64,000 nt of DNA from Sarea resinae (Eukaryota), in NCBI GenBank assembly GCA_026026165.1, contig JAPEUD010000015.1, positions 1 to 64,000 of the forward strand. The letters run 5' to 3'. Under the pieces are notes generated by a model. That model saw only the letters and a list, made by a program, of their open reading frames with translations. It had not been told where the DNA came from and did not search any database. Each line of letters opens with the position of its first letter. Position 1 is the first letter of the stretch. The translations under genes were made by a program, and so were the position numbers. This document shows, piece by piece, positions 39,485-51,989 of this stretch.

Positions 39485-41418
39485 ATGGAGCAAAGTATTC
39501 CGGGATACTTTTACGGTGAGGATATAGTCCTCTAACATGGCCACCACTGGAATCTGACAAGATAGCAGACAAGGAGAAGAAGAAATACTTCAAGATCCTA
39601 CCGCATCATGCTGCACCCGCAGGTTCACAATATACCAAGGAAAACGTCAAGAAATTGAAGGATGGCGAGCGGGTCAGTCCTCCTGCGCGGGACTCCAATC
39701 GCATCTAGTTGTGGCTGACTGGTATGAATTCCTCTAGAAGAGGAAAAGAGATGGTGAACATGCTGCTCGGCTGCAGCGAAGAGTTCAAAGATCCAAGGCA
39801 ATGGGCCATCCGATTGTGGGAGCTCTGGGCCTCGAACGAGAACAGGGGAGGATCCCCGTATCAGGATCTGGTCTACGCTGGGGTGAGGTGTACGCTCGCG
39901 AGCTGGATCGAAGGGTTATCCTTGACATGCAATGTCTCCCTTCTACAGCAAGCCTGACGCGGTTTGCTATCGATAGCCAGACGGGGGCGATTGTCTTTGC
40001 TTGTAAGTTTCACATCCCAACGGATCAATGATCGCGGACTAACCAGTGACGACGTCGTTCAGTGAAGAATCATCTGAATGAGGGTGATTATAATCTGATG
40101 TGAGTTAAGATCTGAAATATTTGTCTCAGGAGAGCTCACAGGCTGAAATATGGCTCGGCGTTAGTACTGCTCCGCCAGAACCGCTCCGAGAGGGATTTTC
40201 ATACTTCAAAAGCAATCGATGCCGGCAAGTTATGCACTCAAATTCATCTCCAGTACGCGCTCGAAATATCTTTTTCTATCGAGCAATCTCATTCATGAGC
40301 TAACAAGTTCAGACTACCTCCTTGAACATCGGGCCTACAAGAACACTTGTTCAGACTTCTCTCGGTGATGCAACTGAGTCGTCATCGATCCACCTCACAA
40401 AGCTGATAGATCGAACACTTTATGACGGCATTTGGATAGATGTTGGCGTTCACATGATCCTGCGACCGCCAAATCAGACCTCAGTATTTACTTCTGCTAC
40501 CTCCAAGGTGGATGGTGATATTGCTATTGGGACTAGTAGTGGCATCAATCTTCTCCAAGAAACGACCTCCAATTGGGACGAGCAGCAGACCGTTGACTTC
40601 CCTAGTGATGTGCTAGCTTTAGAATTCCTCTCGCCCACAATTATTGCTGCTGGCTTGCGCGACAGTACGGTGAGGCTATACGACCAGCGCAGCGCAGGCA
40701 AAGCTCTCCGTCTACGCCACTCAAGTTCTGTGACTGGCATCAAGCAAGTGGACGAGTTCCGAGTAGTCGTCTGCGGAATAAAAAGCAGCGTAAGTTTTGC
40801 GTTTCCTCGTGTTAAGCCTTGCTACCCATGTGTAGACACAAATTCTCCTGAGATTGTCTTGGTCCTATCAGGTTTATATGCGCTTCACGAGCTCGACTCA
40901 TACTATCTATTAGCTTCGATTGTACGACCTCCGTTATCAATCATCAGGCAATTCATCAAGAAAGCGAAACCACAGCCCCTCAACGCTGCCCGTCTACGAC
41001 TACCCACACAACAACGAATACCGTCTCGACCTCGGCTTCGATGTCGACACAGAAACCGGCCTAATCGCAGCTGGTAAGTTCCCTCCCCTCTTGTGACCTT
41101 TCCGAAGTCCACATTCACACTTCCCCCTTTCCCTTCTCATCTGCCGGCGCCTAGCGGCGTCAATGGCTCTCTGTCAAACATCTGCGTGTGTATGCAGAAA
41201 CGCCTTTTTGACTTTGATACCGATCAGCCACCGAAGACAAGCGCGTGCAGATTTTTTCGCTGCACACAGGGGAACGATTGGCTTCGCCCGCCTTTCAGAA
41301 GCCCTTCCAAGATTTTCCAACGGCTGTCCAATTTGCGACCATGTCGGAGGAGAAGCGAGACGATTCTAAATCTTTGGTTGTTGCCGCTGGCGGGGTTGTG
41401 GAGGAGTGCAAGTGGTAG
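39485..41418 (+). CDS. WD40-repeat protein, DCAF4/WDR21-like
   Basis: Spliced N-terminus MEQSIPGYFYDKEKKKYFKI (DCAF4-family motif), WD repeats with DxR (AGLRDSTVRLYDQR), last exon ...VVEECKW*; internal exon boundaries approximate. Confidence 0.7.
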
Positions 41419-43297
41419 AAATAACCGTCTTTGGGATGAGGGAGTTGACTCGTATCCTCATGTGATTCGGTGCAAAGCCCGAAAGGAGCATGGGCGAAAG
41501 GAGCATGGGATTCCGGCGAGCATGGGATTTGCAAATCGAGGTGCATCTGGTTCTCGGATATCATCCAATTTTGGGAAATAGGGATACCACAAGCGTGACG
41601 CCAGGTCTATTAGGCTTCTCCGTGGTGGCATGGTAGGCGCCGGCGAAATGGTCTTGTTAGATTACTATACTGTTATAGGCAAGCTACTCTCTAAATGTGA
41701 TCTTTTTGTATGCGTCTGCAGTGATAAAGTATGAAGTCAGATCAATGGCTCGTGTCCGTGTGAGAAAGCACCATACATTCCAGGTTTCTGCCCAGACCCT
41801 ATAGGATAGAACACGGCTGGCTTGGACGCTGTATCTAGGGTTGCCGTTCTCATATAGTGCTCACACGCTGCGACCGTATCTGCTGCGAGTCCATCAAGAG
41901 CATGAGTGAAAGAATCTTTCAGGCTGTCTGCGTGCCTCGCTCAAGACGAGGACGAATTCCTTTCTAAGACGTTCAACCCAGGCGGAGGAGAATCGGTTGG
42001 TGGTCCGAGTGCAGGATTTTGTTCAGGGCACAACATACGTAGACAGACCGGTCGCGCTGGTGGCGGTTACTTCATTTCTGGTAGGAGCATCCAGAGCCGC
42101 CGCCGTTGGGTGGGCGGGTGCACGATGCTGAAGAAGGGCGTATGTCATTTCGCCTGGTCGGAGTTGGCATGTCCGAGCGGAATCATGAGGGCGTCACTAT
42201 GGGTGAGATTGGTATAGTGCAGCTGAGCTGTGCACGAATCTGATGACGAAAGTATCGGAGAGAAGTCTCATGATAGTGGAGATGAGGATGTGCGTGGGTA
42301 TTGAGTGAAGGGTTTGGTACGTGCCTCTTGTTTGGTAGCTTCGTGCATATGGGATGGGTGACTGGCTCTGTATGTGCGTGGTGGACCAGAAGGTCAAAAT
42401 GGAGAGTGGGTGGGTATATATCTTTAGTCAACGTCCTCTTTCTCTCAATAAGTGGGGTTGTGGCATAATCTCGGGGTTCGCCCTTATGGAAAATGTCGAA
42501 TGTAAAGGGTCGAGAAAGAGACCTTTCCTATGTACTTATGAGTAGAACGGGAGTTTAAGAGTCGTAGTCTTTCCTCCTCATGAAAATCCAAAGGGTTTTC
42601 GTAGGGTCCCCCCAAGGGGATCTGAGCTTTTGTGAATTTCGTTGTTGTGTTTTTGCCGTTTTGGGAAGGAGCGCGATAGTAGATACCACGGGCTACTTGG
42701 GGTACTTCCACGCATCGAAGGTCGTGTGTTCGATTCCTGGAAGAGCCATGACTTTGTAAGTCATTTCGTTCTTTCGATCTTGCGGTCGTGTGCTATTGAA
42801 ATGCTCTCCCTCCGAGCTCAACTCCAGCGACAATCCCTTGTTTGGTCTGCTGAGGGTGCTCGTTGCTCGCTGCTCGATCGGTCTGGAGTTCAGGTGATTC
42901 GCCGCCTGCCTTGCTCGAACACTTCACATGCGTGGTACGCCGGCATGATGTAGGGGAATCCAAGCTGTTGAGAGGACTACTATGCTGGCTGTCTGTTCCA
43001 GTGCATTCGGGCTAGACGGATAATTATTTGGCGCCACTGCTCTTCGCCAGCACTCTGGGTTGGGCACGCCTTTGACTGTGAAACCCCGAGTGTGCAATTC
43101 AGGAAGTATGATAGCGAAGAAGAATATTCAAATTGGGAACACTCGCAAAGAGATCCATGACGGATCCGTCGAGGTATGCCTACCTATAGTCTGACTTATA
43201 AGACCCAGGTTCTTGCAATGAGATGGCCTCAAACAACAGGTGAGAATAGAAGAGGGTTTTCAATAGAGAACGGAGAATAGATGCTATTCCATTACAC

Positions 43298-45055
43298 CTA
43301 TTCGGCTAAATGATCCTCAATCTCAAATTTAACGCTCCTTGCCAGTTGATGGATATACTCCCAGCCTACGTTCACACGCCACTTTGTCGCCGGCTCTAAT
43401 ACATCTGCCGTGGCTGACGTGCGTACTAATAGGCGGAGAGAAGCCAACGTCGCAATCTATGCGTTGGGAGAAAAGCAGAATTAGCTGACCGGACGGCATA
43501 GAATGCGTCTTGTATGCGCTGGTGTGATGGACACAAACATACCTGTGTCAAGAGATCTGCGGTGCTGGTGAAGAGATGTGGGACGATAGCATGGAAAATA
43601 GCCAGCATTCGTTCTAACACGAAGGCCTGGGGACCAAGAAGTCTTCTCTGGATCTAGATTATATGTCAGCACCGAAGCTGCAATAGGATAGCAGCCATTG
43701 CAGCCACTACTTGAATTCTCCACGTACTTTCCTGTGCTTTGCAGCTCTGCCTCCGGATGCCGCTGCTGTCCCACCGCCTTTCTTTCGACGTTTCTTCTCC
43801 GTCGATTTCATAAAGAAGACAGGGTCTACTCGGGCGGGGTTGTAGGATGCAAGATATGCAGCGCAGAGGAGGTATTTGGAATAGTATGGCAGGTCATGCG
43901 TATCTAATACGATGGAATCGTTAGTATCGGTTCCTCTCCCTGGTCTTGACAGCCCATCTCGGGAATGTATGCTAGGTGGACTAGACTCACTTCTCGTTGA
44001 TGCCTTCTTGATGCCTTCTCCAACACTCTCCTTAGGAACAACACTATTTATTAAGACCCCTTCGCCTTGGAATAGCCCTCTCTTAGCCACCAACAACTTA
44101 GAAAAATCCCTCGTTCCATACGTCTCGTCTACGATTGGCGCCACAAAAGGCTGCCAAAGCTTATCCGCTACAGCTCTGAAGCTCACAATGTCCCTCGCTG
44201 CACCCTTTGCCAATGAGTCCCATACAACTCCGCAAAAGCGCGTCCAGACCCACGCCGAGTCTTCCGCAGCCTCTTGATCGGTATAGTTGGAGGAGGGAGA
44301 AGGCGGTGAATCTTCGAAGATGGAGCGGGGACGAGTGGTGAGTATGGAGATAGATTCGTCACGAGTGTAGGGGGGAAAGTGGATGTGAGGGCTGCCAGTT
44401 ATATGGAGGAAGCGGGCGCGGGGATAGGTGACAATAAGGATGATAGTTAGATTTGGAATCTAATGGTGGGCTAGTTAGTTACTCAAGCTATCAGCTTCAG
44501 ATATGATCTACAGTGAACATACAGTCTCTCCAAGGCGCGCCAGAGCTGGTAGCAGAGTTGGTGGAGCCTCTCTTTGTCTGTCAATGCCATCCAGCACGAG
44601 GATGAATTTGCCTCTGTCTTCAAGCAAGTGTTGTAGATGCACGGCCAGCGCGCTAATGTTCTCACATTTTCCGTAGGACTCTCGGTCGACCGTCTTTCCC
44701 GTGTCTGCCTCTATGGCTTCCACACAAGACGCGAGCGTCTTCTCGAGCAGATGCCGTCCCGTAATGCATTCCAAGCATTTGATGGTCACGGATGTGGTGT
44801 TATAAGCTTGAATGATGCTGCTGGTAATGGCACTTTTGCCCGTTGCTTCTAAACCATAGAGAACGATTGTCGATGGGCTGGGGTAAGATGGCTTGATATT
44901 ATTAGCCAAGCACATATGATCTGGGTTATCACAAAGCTCACGGAGAGTAGAGAAGCAACTTGGCGGATCTGGAGTTCTCGACACGGGTACTGGCGGTCGA
45001 GACTAGCTAGCAGCAATTCGTCTGGGAGCTGTCCCGTTGACGAGTCCGAATCCAT
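43298..45055 (-). CDS. ORC5: Origin recognition complex subunit 5
   Basis: [11 protein letters not shown], Walker [61 protein letters not shown]. Confidence 0.93.
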
Positions 45056-45230
45056 CTTGCCCGAGGTTACCCATGTAACTCAGGTATTCCGAATCACTGC
45101 TATGATTTGGATGGAGCCATCAATGAGGTGGCCATTGCTGCGGATTGCTATTGCGGAGTATTTGCATACCCAACTGATCTATGCCGGACTATCGTAATAT
45201 CGAGCTTATCGAGCTTCCGGGACACAGCCT

Positions 45231-45367
45231 TTTCGCGAACGCGATTACTACTACTTACAATGCATAGATGGATAGTACTGCCCTGAAGTACCTCAGATAA
45301 ATGGCGAAACTGTAGCAATGGAAACTCATAAACCACTAGGGCAACTTGATTTGCATAGATCACGCGT
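45231..45367. promoter_or_regulatory. Candidate MCB (ACGCGT, 45362-45367) and SCB-like (CGCGAAA on minus, 45231-45237) elements upstream of ORC5
   Basis: Consensus matches 180-310 bp upstream of a replication gene; short motifs that may occur by chance. Confidence 0.35.
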
Positions 45368-45675
45368 ATACACACCACGTTGTCAGACATAATGTTCGAA
45401 TCTTAGAATCAGTAGCATTTGCACTTAGAATCACAGGTAACTAACGTCGACACGGCTCAAGTAGATCATCTCTGAATGGCTTCTCTTATAGGAGTATATT
45501 TCCCATCATAAGCCTGCTCAATTATCTGATCTCTTCCTCAAGCACCAAGCTATGCTTTCTAAAGCGTGGCTTTAATTGTCATTCAGAAACGCCATTTATG
45601 ATGCATCCTTTTCTCATGCCCTCTGGTACGCCATTGCAATGCCCCCTTCTATCTCCCCTTTTCAAAACCCTGCTT

Positions 45676-48600
45676 CTAAGCTGGAAATTCATCTCCCAAC
45701 TTGAGCCTTGCAAGCACGTTCATACTTAGCAACTCCTGGATGAGCAATTTCGCGGCATACGGAATAGTCATCTTCACCACAGACTTGGAACTCTTGCACG
45801 TCTGGCACCAATTCTGATATCCCATCAATCCACAATTCTCGCAGATGTCGACATCGTGCTGGTCACTCGAGAGCATGAGCCGTTCCAACAGCAGCTGTGA
45901 GGCGCCATAGGCAATGAGACAGTCTCGCTCCATCTCTCCCAAGCGAAGACCTCCATCGCGAGAACGACCTTCGGTAGGTTGACGAGTAAGAATGGCACGT
46001 GGTCCGCGAGCACGAGAATGCATCTTGTCTTGGACCATGTGCTTGAGCTTCTGGTAGTAGATGGGACCGAAGAATACGTAAGCCGGCAGGCACTCGCCCG
46101 TGATGCCGCTCGTCAATGAGTCTTTTCCAGAATAGCTGAATCCATTTCCGATCAAAATGTCGGCCATATCCTCGACTTTGCTCCCACCGAAGGCGGTACC
46201 ATACTGCAAGTTACCGCACATAACTCCGGCTTTGCCAGAAACTAGCTCCAGCATTTTGCCGACTGTCATACGAGAAGGGAAACCATGAGGATTCATGATG
46301 ATATCCGGGACGATGCCCTGATCGTTGAAGGGCATGTCGGCTTGCTCTGCGATGATGCCTACGACGCCCTTCTGGCCATGGCGAGAAGAAAATTTGTCTC
46401 CAAGCTCAGGTCTGCGGGTCTGGCGTGTTTGGACTTTGATCAGAGTCGATTCAGACTCAGTCTGAGAAATCAAAACCTTATCAATATAGCTAGGATCGGC
46501 TAGTCGATAACTCATTGGCGCGTCGCGATATTCATTGGAACCATAGTCGGACCCAAGACCAGTGGCAGAAGTGTTCAGCGGTGTCTGCTTCATGACGTAA
46601 ACTTCACCACTGCTGACCTTCTCTCCTACGGCTGCGAGACCATCGGTGTCAAGGAGAGCGTGTTTTTTGATTGGTAATCCATTCTCCTCCTGCCTATCGC
46701 CAATGCGATCCATCGTTCCATTAGGATACTTCTTCAGCTGCGTGGCATATTTCCGGAACACCTGGCATCTGCCAAAACCTCGATCGCAAGATGCCTTATT
46801 CAGGACGAGTGCATCCTCAATGTCGTATCCGGAATAACTCATGACGGCAACAGTTGCGTTCTGTCCTGCTGGGAGTTTGTCATACTTGATCAATTCAATC
46901 GTCCGGGTTTTCACCATCGGCTTCTGCGGATAGACCATGAGGTACAGCAACGTATCGATCCGAAGGAACTGGTTGTGTGCAATTGCCCCTATCGCTTGCT
47001 TACCCATAGCACACTGGTATGTGTTTCTCGGGGACTGGTTATGATGCGGGTATGGGATGAGCCCTGCAACAGCACCCAAGATAGTGAATGGCTCGATCTC
47101 AAGGTGAGTTGTAGATTCATTAATTTCGTTCTCGTAGACGGCGATGTTCGAGTCGTTTTCTTCATTGACATCCATATATTCAACTAGACCTCGCGAGAGG
47201 AAGTCATCGAAATCCATCTCCCCTTTACGTAGAGCCAGCAGGTAGCGCGCTGTCACTTTTGACTTGCCTTTCTCCACTATGATCAGGGGCCTGCAAATTC
47301 GACCCTCATCCGTGGCAATGTGAACAGCGCAATGGTGATGATTGATGTAGATGCTGACGAACTCCGAGATACGGCCCATGCGTCGGAACTTCCGGAAGCC
47401 GTTCAAAAACTGCTTTGGCTGTCTTGTCAATGCGATTGGTGTGCCGTTGATGAAGATGATGTATGCGCCATCACCGTAGACGGTCCTGCCGCTTATTGCA
47501 GCGATGTCTTCGGCTCCAAGAACGAACACTAATTTTCTGACAGGCTCTTCCTCATCATCAGTAGTGATATGAGTCATGAGTGCCAGATTTTTTACTAGCC
47601 CACAAGCCTCTCCTTCTGGAGTATCTGACGGGCAAAGCATTCCAAACTGTGACGGCTGTAAAGCTCGAGGGCCACTGACTTTCCGAGTCTTTTCGAACTG
47701 ACTGCTTATGCGTGTCATCATGCCAAGAGCACTGATGTAGCTCAAACGACTGAGAACATGCGTCACACCAGCCCTCTCCATCTTGAATCGCTTCAAGTTC
47801 CAATTGCCGGTAGAGATAGCCCTATTCATTCCATGCGTAATGTAGTTGCCGTGGACTTGCATATGCTCGAAGGCATCAAATTCCTGTGTCCTGTTTGGCT
47901 TCCTGAGGACCTTGTCAATGTTCAATTTCAAGTCGTGATTGAACTTTTTGAACAAATCTTCAAACAGCAGCGACAGGAGCTGTCCGGCCAACTCTAGTCG
48001 CTTGTTCCCAACATAATCACGATCGTCCACCAAGCTTGGATCATGCATCGCCATCAGGACCCTCCTGACCATAAACGCCACGTACAAGGCTTTTGGTCGA
48101 AAGTTCAGTCCCCGAACAGGAACGTGGGTAATTATGACCGAAGCAAGGGCTTCAAGAGCCTCCTGCGTGTGGTTGCGTTTGGGCATCCCACTGCCAACCG
48201 GCTTCCGTGTTATCTTGATCCTGGAGCCTAGATACTCCAGAGCTTGTTGCTGGGTATGAATTCCCAGCTTGGCACACTCCTCGAAATTGACGGAGAATTG
48301 ATCCTGATACACGTTGTCTGTTCCGGCGACGAGAAGTAATATCTCGTGGTCCGATTGTACGCCCATGGCCTTCAGGATCAACACGATTGGTATGTCCTCA
48401 TTGAGAACATTGTGCTTGAGATAAATCCTATCTTTCTTCAAGAGAACGTAGCTTTTCGATTTCCGCTCATGTGTAGAGCTATATAGTAATTATTGTTAGA
48501 ACAAAATGTCAGCCGATGGGGAGAATGGAATACAAACCTAGTGACGGATGCTTGTACGATGCCTTTCTTGTGATCTGCTTCCACAAGGACTCTGTTCTTG

Positions 48601-49572
48601 CTTAATTGCTCCTGCACCAGTATGACTTTCTCGGTGCCGTTGACGATGAAGTACCCGCCAGGATCCAGCGGACATTCATTGAGTACAGCCATCTCGCGCT
48701 CCGACCTGTTGTTGAGAATACATTTCGAGCTTCGGAGCATTACTGGAAGTCGACCGATGGGTATATTTGATCTCTTCACGACCGATTTGCCACGCGTATA
48801 CTCGATAGAAACGAAGACGGGTGCCGCATAAGTCATGTCTCGCAATCGGCATTCGTTGGGAGTAATACGATCTTCACCCTCAGCATCCAGACGTTCTGGG
48901 AAGCCAACGCGAATATCCGTGTATCTAGATGTTAGGCCATGTCAGCCTCGCCGCTTCCTTAGAGACGTCTTAAGACAGCCATGCGGTCCCGTGGAGACGT
49001 ACTTCAGATAGAAATTGGGATTGACATCACTCAAAACCTTCTTATTTGCCTGCACGATCTTCTTTATTTCGACCTCGACGAAGAAATTGAAAGAATCAAT
49101 ATGCTGTTTGACGAGACCTTTGACCTTCAAGAACGCCGGCAGAAGGTTCCATTTATCCTAGCAAACATGAGCCAACGGCCATTCTGCAAATGGATACTCG
49201 ACGAACCTTTGCAGTATCTATGGGGTCAGTCAAAGACTTCCCTTCATAGTGGGGCTGGAACAGGGCATCGAAAGCCTGATTGGAAATGCATTAGCATTCT
49301 GGCAGGAAGCCCGCGAAAGCTAAACATTACATCTTTATCGTCCGGCCTAGGTCGACGATCGGCCTCCGCAGTCTTTTCTCCATCTCTCGCGGCACCTGCG
49401 GCCTTGGACTTCCCGCGCGCCTGCGTCTTCTTTTGTTTCTCTCCCGCATGTTCCTGGACCAAGGTCAGAATCATGGAGGGGCATCTTGAAGGCGCAAGCG
49501 CATTACCTTTGCTGTTGCATCGGCCGTAGCTGATACCTCCACAGGGCCTGCGGCTCTCCTGCGGGGCGGCAT
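45676..49572 (-). CDS. RPC2: RNA polymerase III second-largest subunit
   Basis: [107 protein letters not shown]; start inferred at ATG 49572 via short 5' exons. Confidence 0.97.
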
Positions 49573-51989
49573 GGCGATACTCTTCACAGGAAAAGGGAGG
49601 AGGCACGACGCCTTTGCTGATCGATTCTCTTCCGTGTGAAGACTTGCTTCTGTTGGTCACTCCCACACTCACATCGCATATTGGCGGTACATTTGCCTCA
49701 TCTTGCGGCTCTTTTTCTTCCCACCTAGAGTACGTACTCTGGTGTCCGCTGATGCGCTTTACCCTTGCAGGTTAGCCCCTGCCTCCCCACCTTCGGCTAA
49801 ATAAGCGCCGACTTTGGCGTTTCCGCGAAGTTACCCTAACGTAATACGGGCGAGAGCGGTACTTGATCTTACAATACGAAATCCTGCTAGTGCCTTTGTA
49901 CTCCAAACCGAGGGCACTACTCGGAGTACTACTAGACAGGTACCCAGTATCCAGGGGCCACCAAATTGACGACACAAAGGCGGTGAGCGGACATACAGGA
50001 GCATGAGATGCCCAATCGTAATACCAATGGCAACGCTCGACGAAAGAGCAGTCTCACGCCTCGAGTACTTGGACTCGAGTAGTTGTACCTTGCCTCGCGA
50101 CCGTCTAATACTCCGGCCGAGGTGTCTGCCCTGATTGAGATACCCTTTCGTGCACACATCATTCTCTCGATGGAAGCTACATACATAGCTACTGCGTACT
50201 TCGTACATACATGGCGGCCCCTCAATCGGCAATCTGACCGCAGACCCACTGCAGGAGGTCGGGTTGTGCTTGTCATAATGGATGATCTCCCCGGGTCACA
50301 TCGCCTCTCCCGCAGGGTACATGTTTACCGTTTCAGTACTGAAGGAAAGTATCATTCGACGTGGATGCGCTCTCCAGAGCATCCATGGATGTCACCCCAC
50401 AGACTTGACGCGACTCCCTTGTCTGCTCAAAGTGCCGATTTCGGAGGCCATTGTGGCGATTGAAGAGTCATGAGTAGAGTGAAAGGATCACAGAGGTCAA
50501 GATGCCAGAGAGAGGATATGATCGGCTTGATGGCACATGGACCCGGTTTGGAAAGGAGGTGAAGTGTGCCTGCTACGTTGGCGGTCAGATTCTCAACGTC
50601 AGGTGTCACATGTGCCCGGCGTCGTGAAGAAGGGTCTCCGCTGCGTCGGTGGTTTGGTCGGACGACTGAAAGTTGGAAGGCAGCTAGGGCTATAAATTAC
50701 ATGATGCGCGCAATAATGGGAAGCGTGAGAATGGAGGGAAAAGCATCACGGATTTCTCATACACTGAGAAATAACAGTGGTCAGTCTTAGGGTATCGCCA
50801 TTCTAGAAAATAAAAAGCAATTGATAAGCGGTACCCAAACGTGAAACGTTCGCAAAGGGCTGGAGCCACGGGCACGAGCTACTTACTCGAGTATTGTCCG
50901 TCCCGCTCAAAGGTCGCAAGATCGGCGCTCTCGATTGGTGCGGAGCCGCCCAACCAAGAATGCATTGGGCGTAGGTTGCTCCTCTTAGGTCTTTGCTGGT
51001 GGAATGCCCTTCGACCCAAGATATGGCGCAAGGACGGTGTACCACGTACCGTGCATGCTTGAACACGGCAGAGAACAACAGGATGAACCGGCCGTCCGTC
51101 AAGTGTGGAGAATGACAGCAGAGCGATGGGGGAGGTGGGAGGAGGAATCATGAGTAATATCTGGACACGACGGAGAAGGTTGGTGAAATCATATCCATGG
51201 ATCCATGGATGGCTATCGCTACTTGCTTCGTGCATGAGCATTCTGCCGAGCGATGAACAGATACCCATGATGCCTCGCCTGGCCTGACCAACACTTCCAT
51301 GGGCTGTCGGATTGTGAAGTCGATACCAGCAGCTGTACGGGGCGAAAGCGTACCTCGTAATTCAGAACCCTAAAGATAGTAGTAGTGGTAGGTATCTGTA
51401 CAGTAGGTAGGTAGCCGTCAGGTAAGGTAGGGCATTGTTATCACCATCCGACCACGGCGGGTGCTCTCTTCAACCGCAATCATCATCACCCTGAGTAGCT
51501 CTTCGCCATCCTCATCCTCTGCTTCGCCCTTCTCGCACATCCCCACGAGTTTGCCTGTCTTTTGCCCCCTTGTTTCCTGGGTGGGCGTCCAGACTCAGCC
51601 GAAGAGAGGCAGAGGGACGATCTAAACCAACTGAGTTGGTCGCGCGTTGCAGGGATGCTCACATTAGCGGGTACTCCCAACTGCGGACAACCGTCTATGA
51701 TCCTCCTCGACTCAAGAGATTCGATTGCTGGCAAGTCGATCTCAGTCGAGGCTGTCTCCTCGCGCGGCTCCTACGGTCAGTGCTTCTCTCGTGAAGACTC
51801 AATCCTTTCTTGTGCGTTTCTGGTGCTGCTCATCGAGGGCGAGTTCAGACCTCAAGCGTCATATCAGCAGCAAGACCCTCGCAGACTCCTAGTTCACACC
51901 GCTCGCCCAACCCCACCTCAAGTCGGCTACTCATTCATGCCTGCGGCCAGAATCGCTGATGCTTCTTCATTCCCTTCAGATCTTTAACA

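Noticed and set aside
41990..42275. Possible small secreted-protein relic on the minus strand (MRLLSDTFVIRFVHSSAA...)
   Set aside because: Early stops in all frames and no consistent splice model; too weak to call.
42690..42750. tRNA-like T-loop/B-box (GGTCGTGTGTTCGATTCC)
   Set aside because: The T-stem does not pair and no acceptor stem or cloverleaf can be built.
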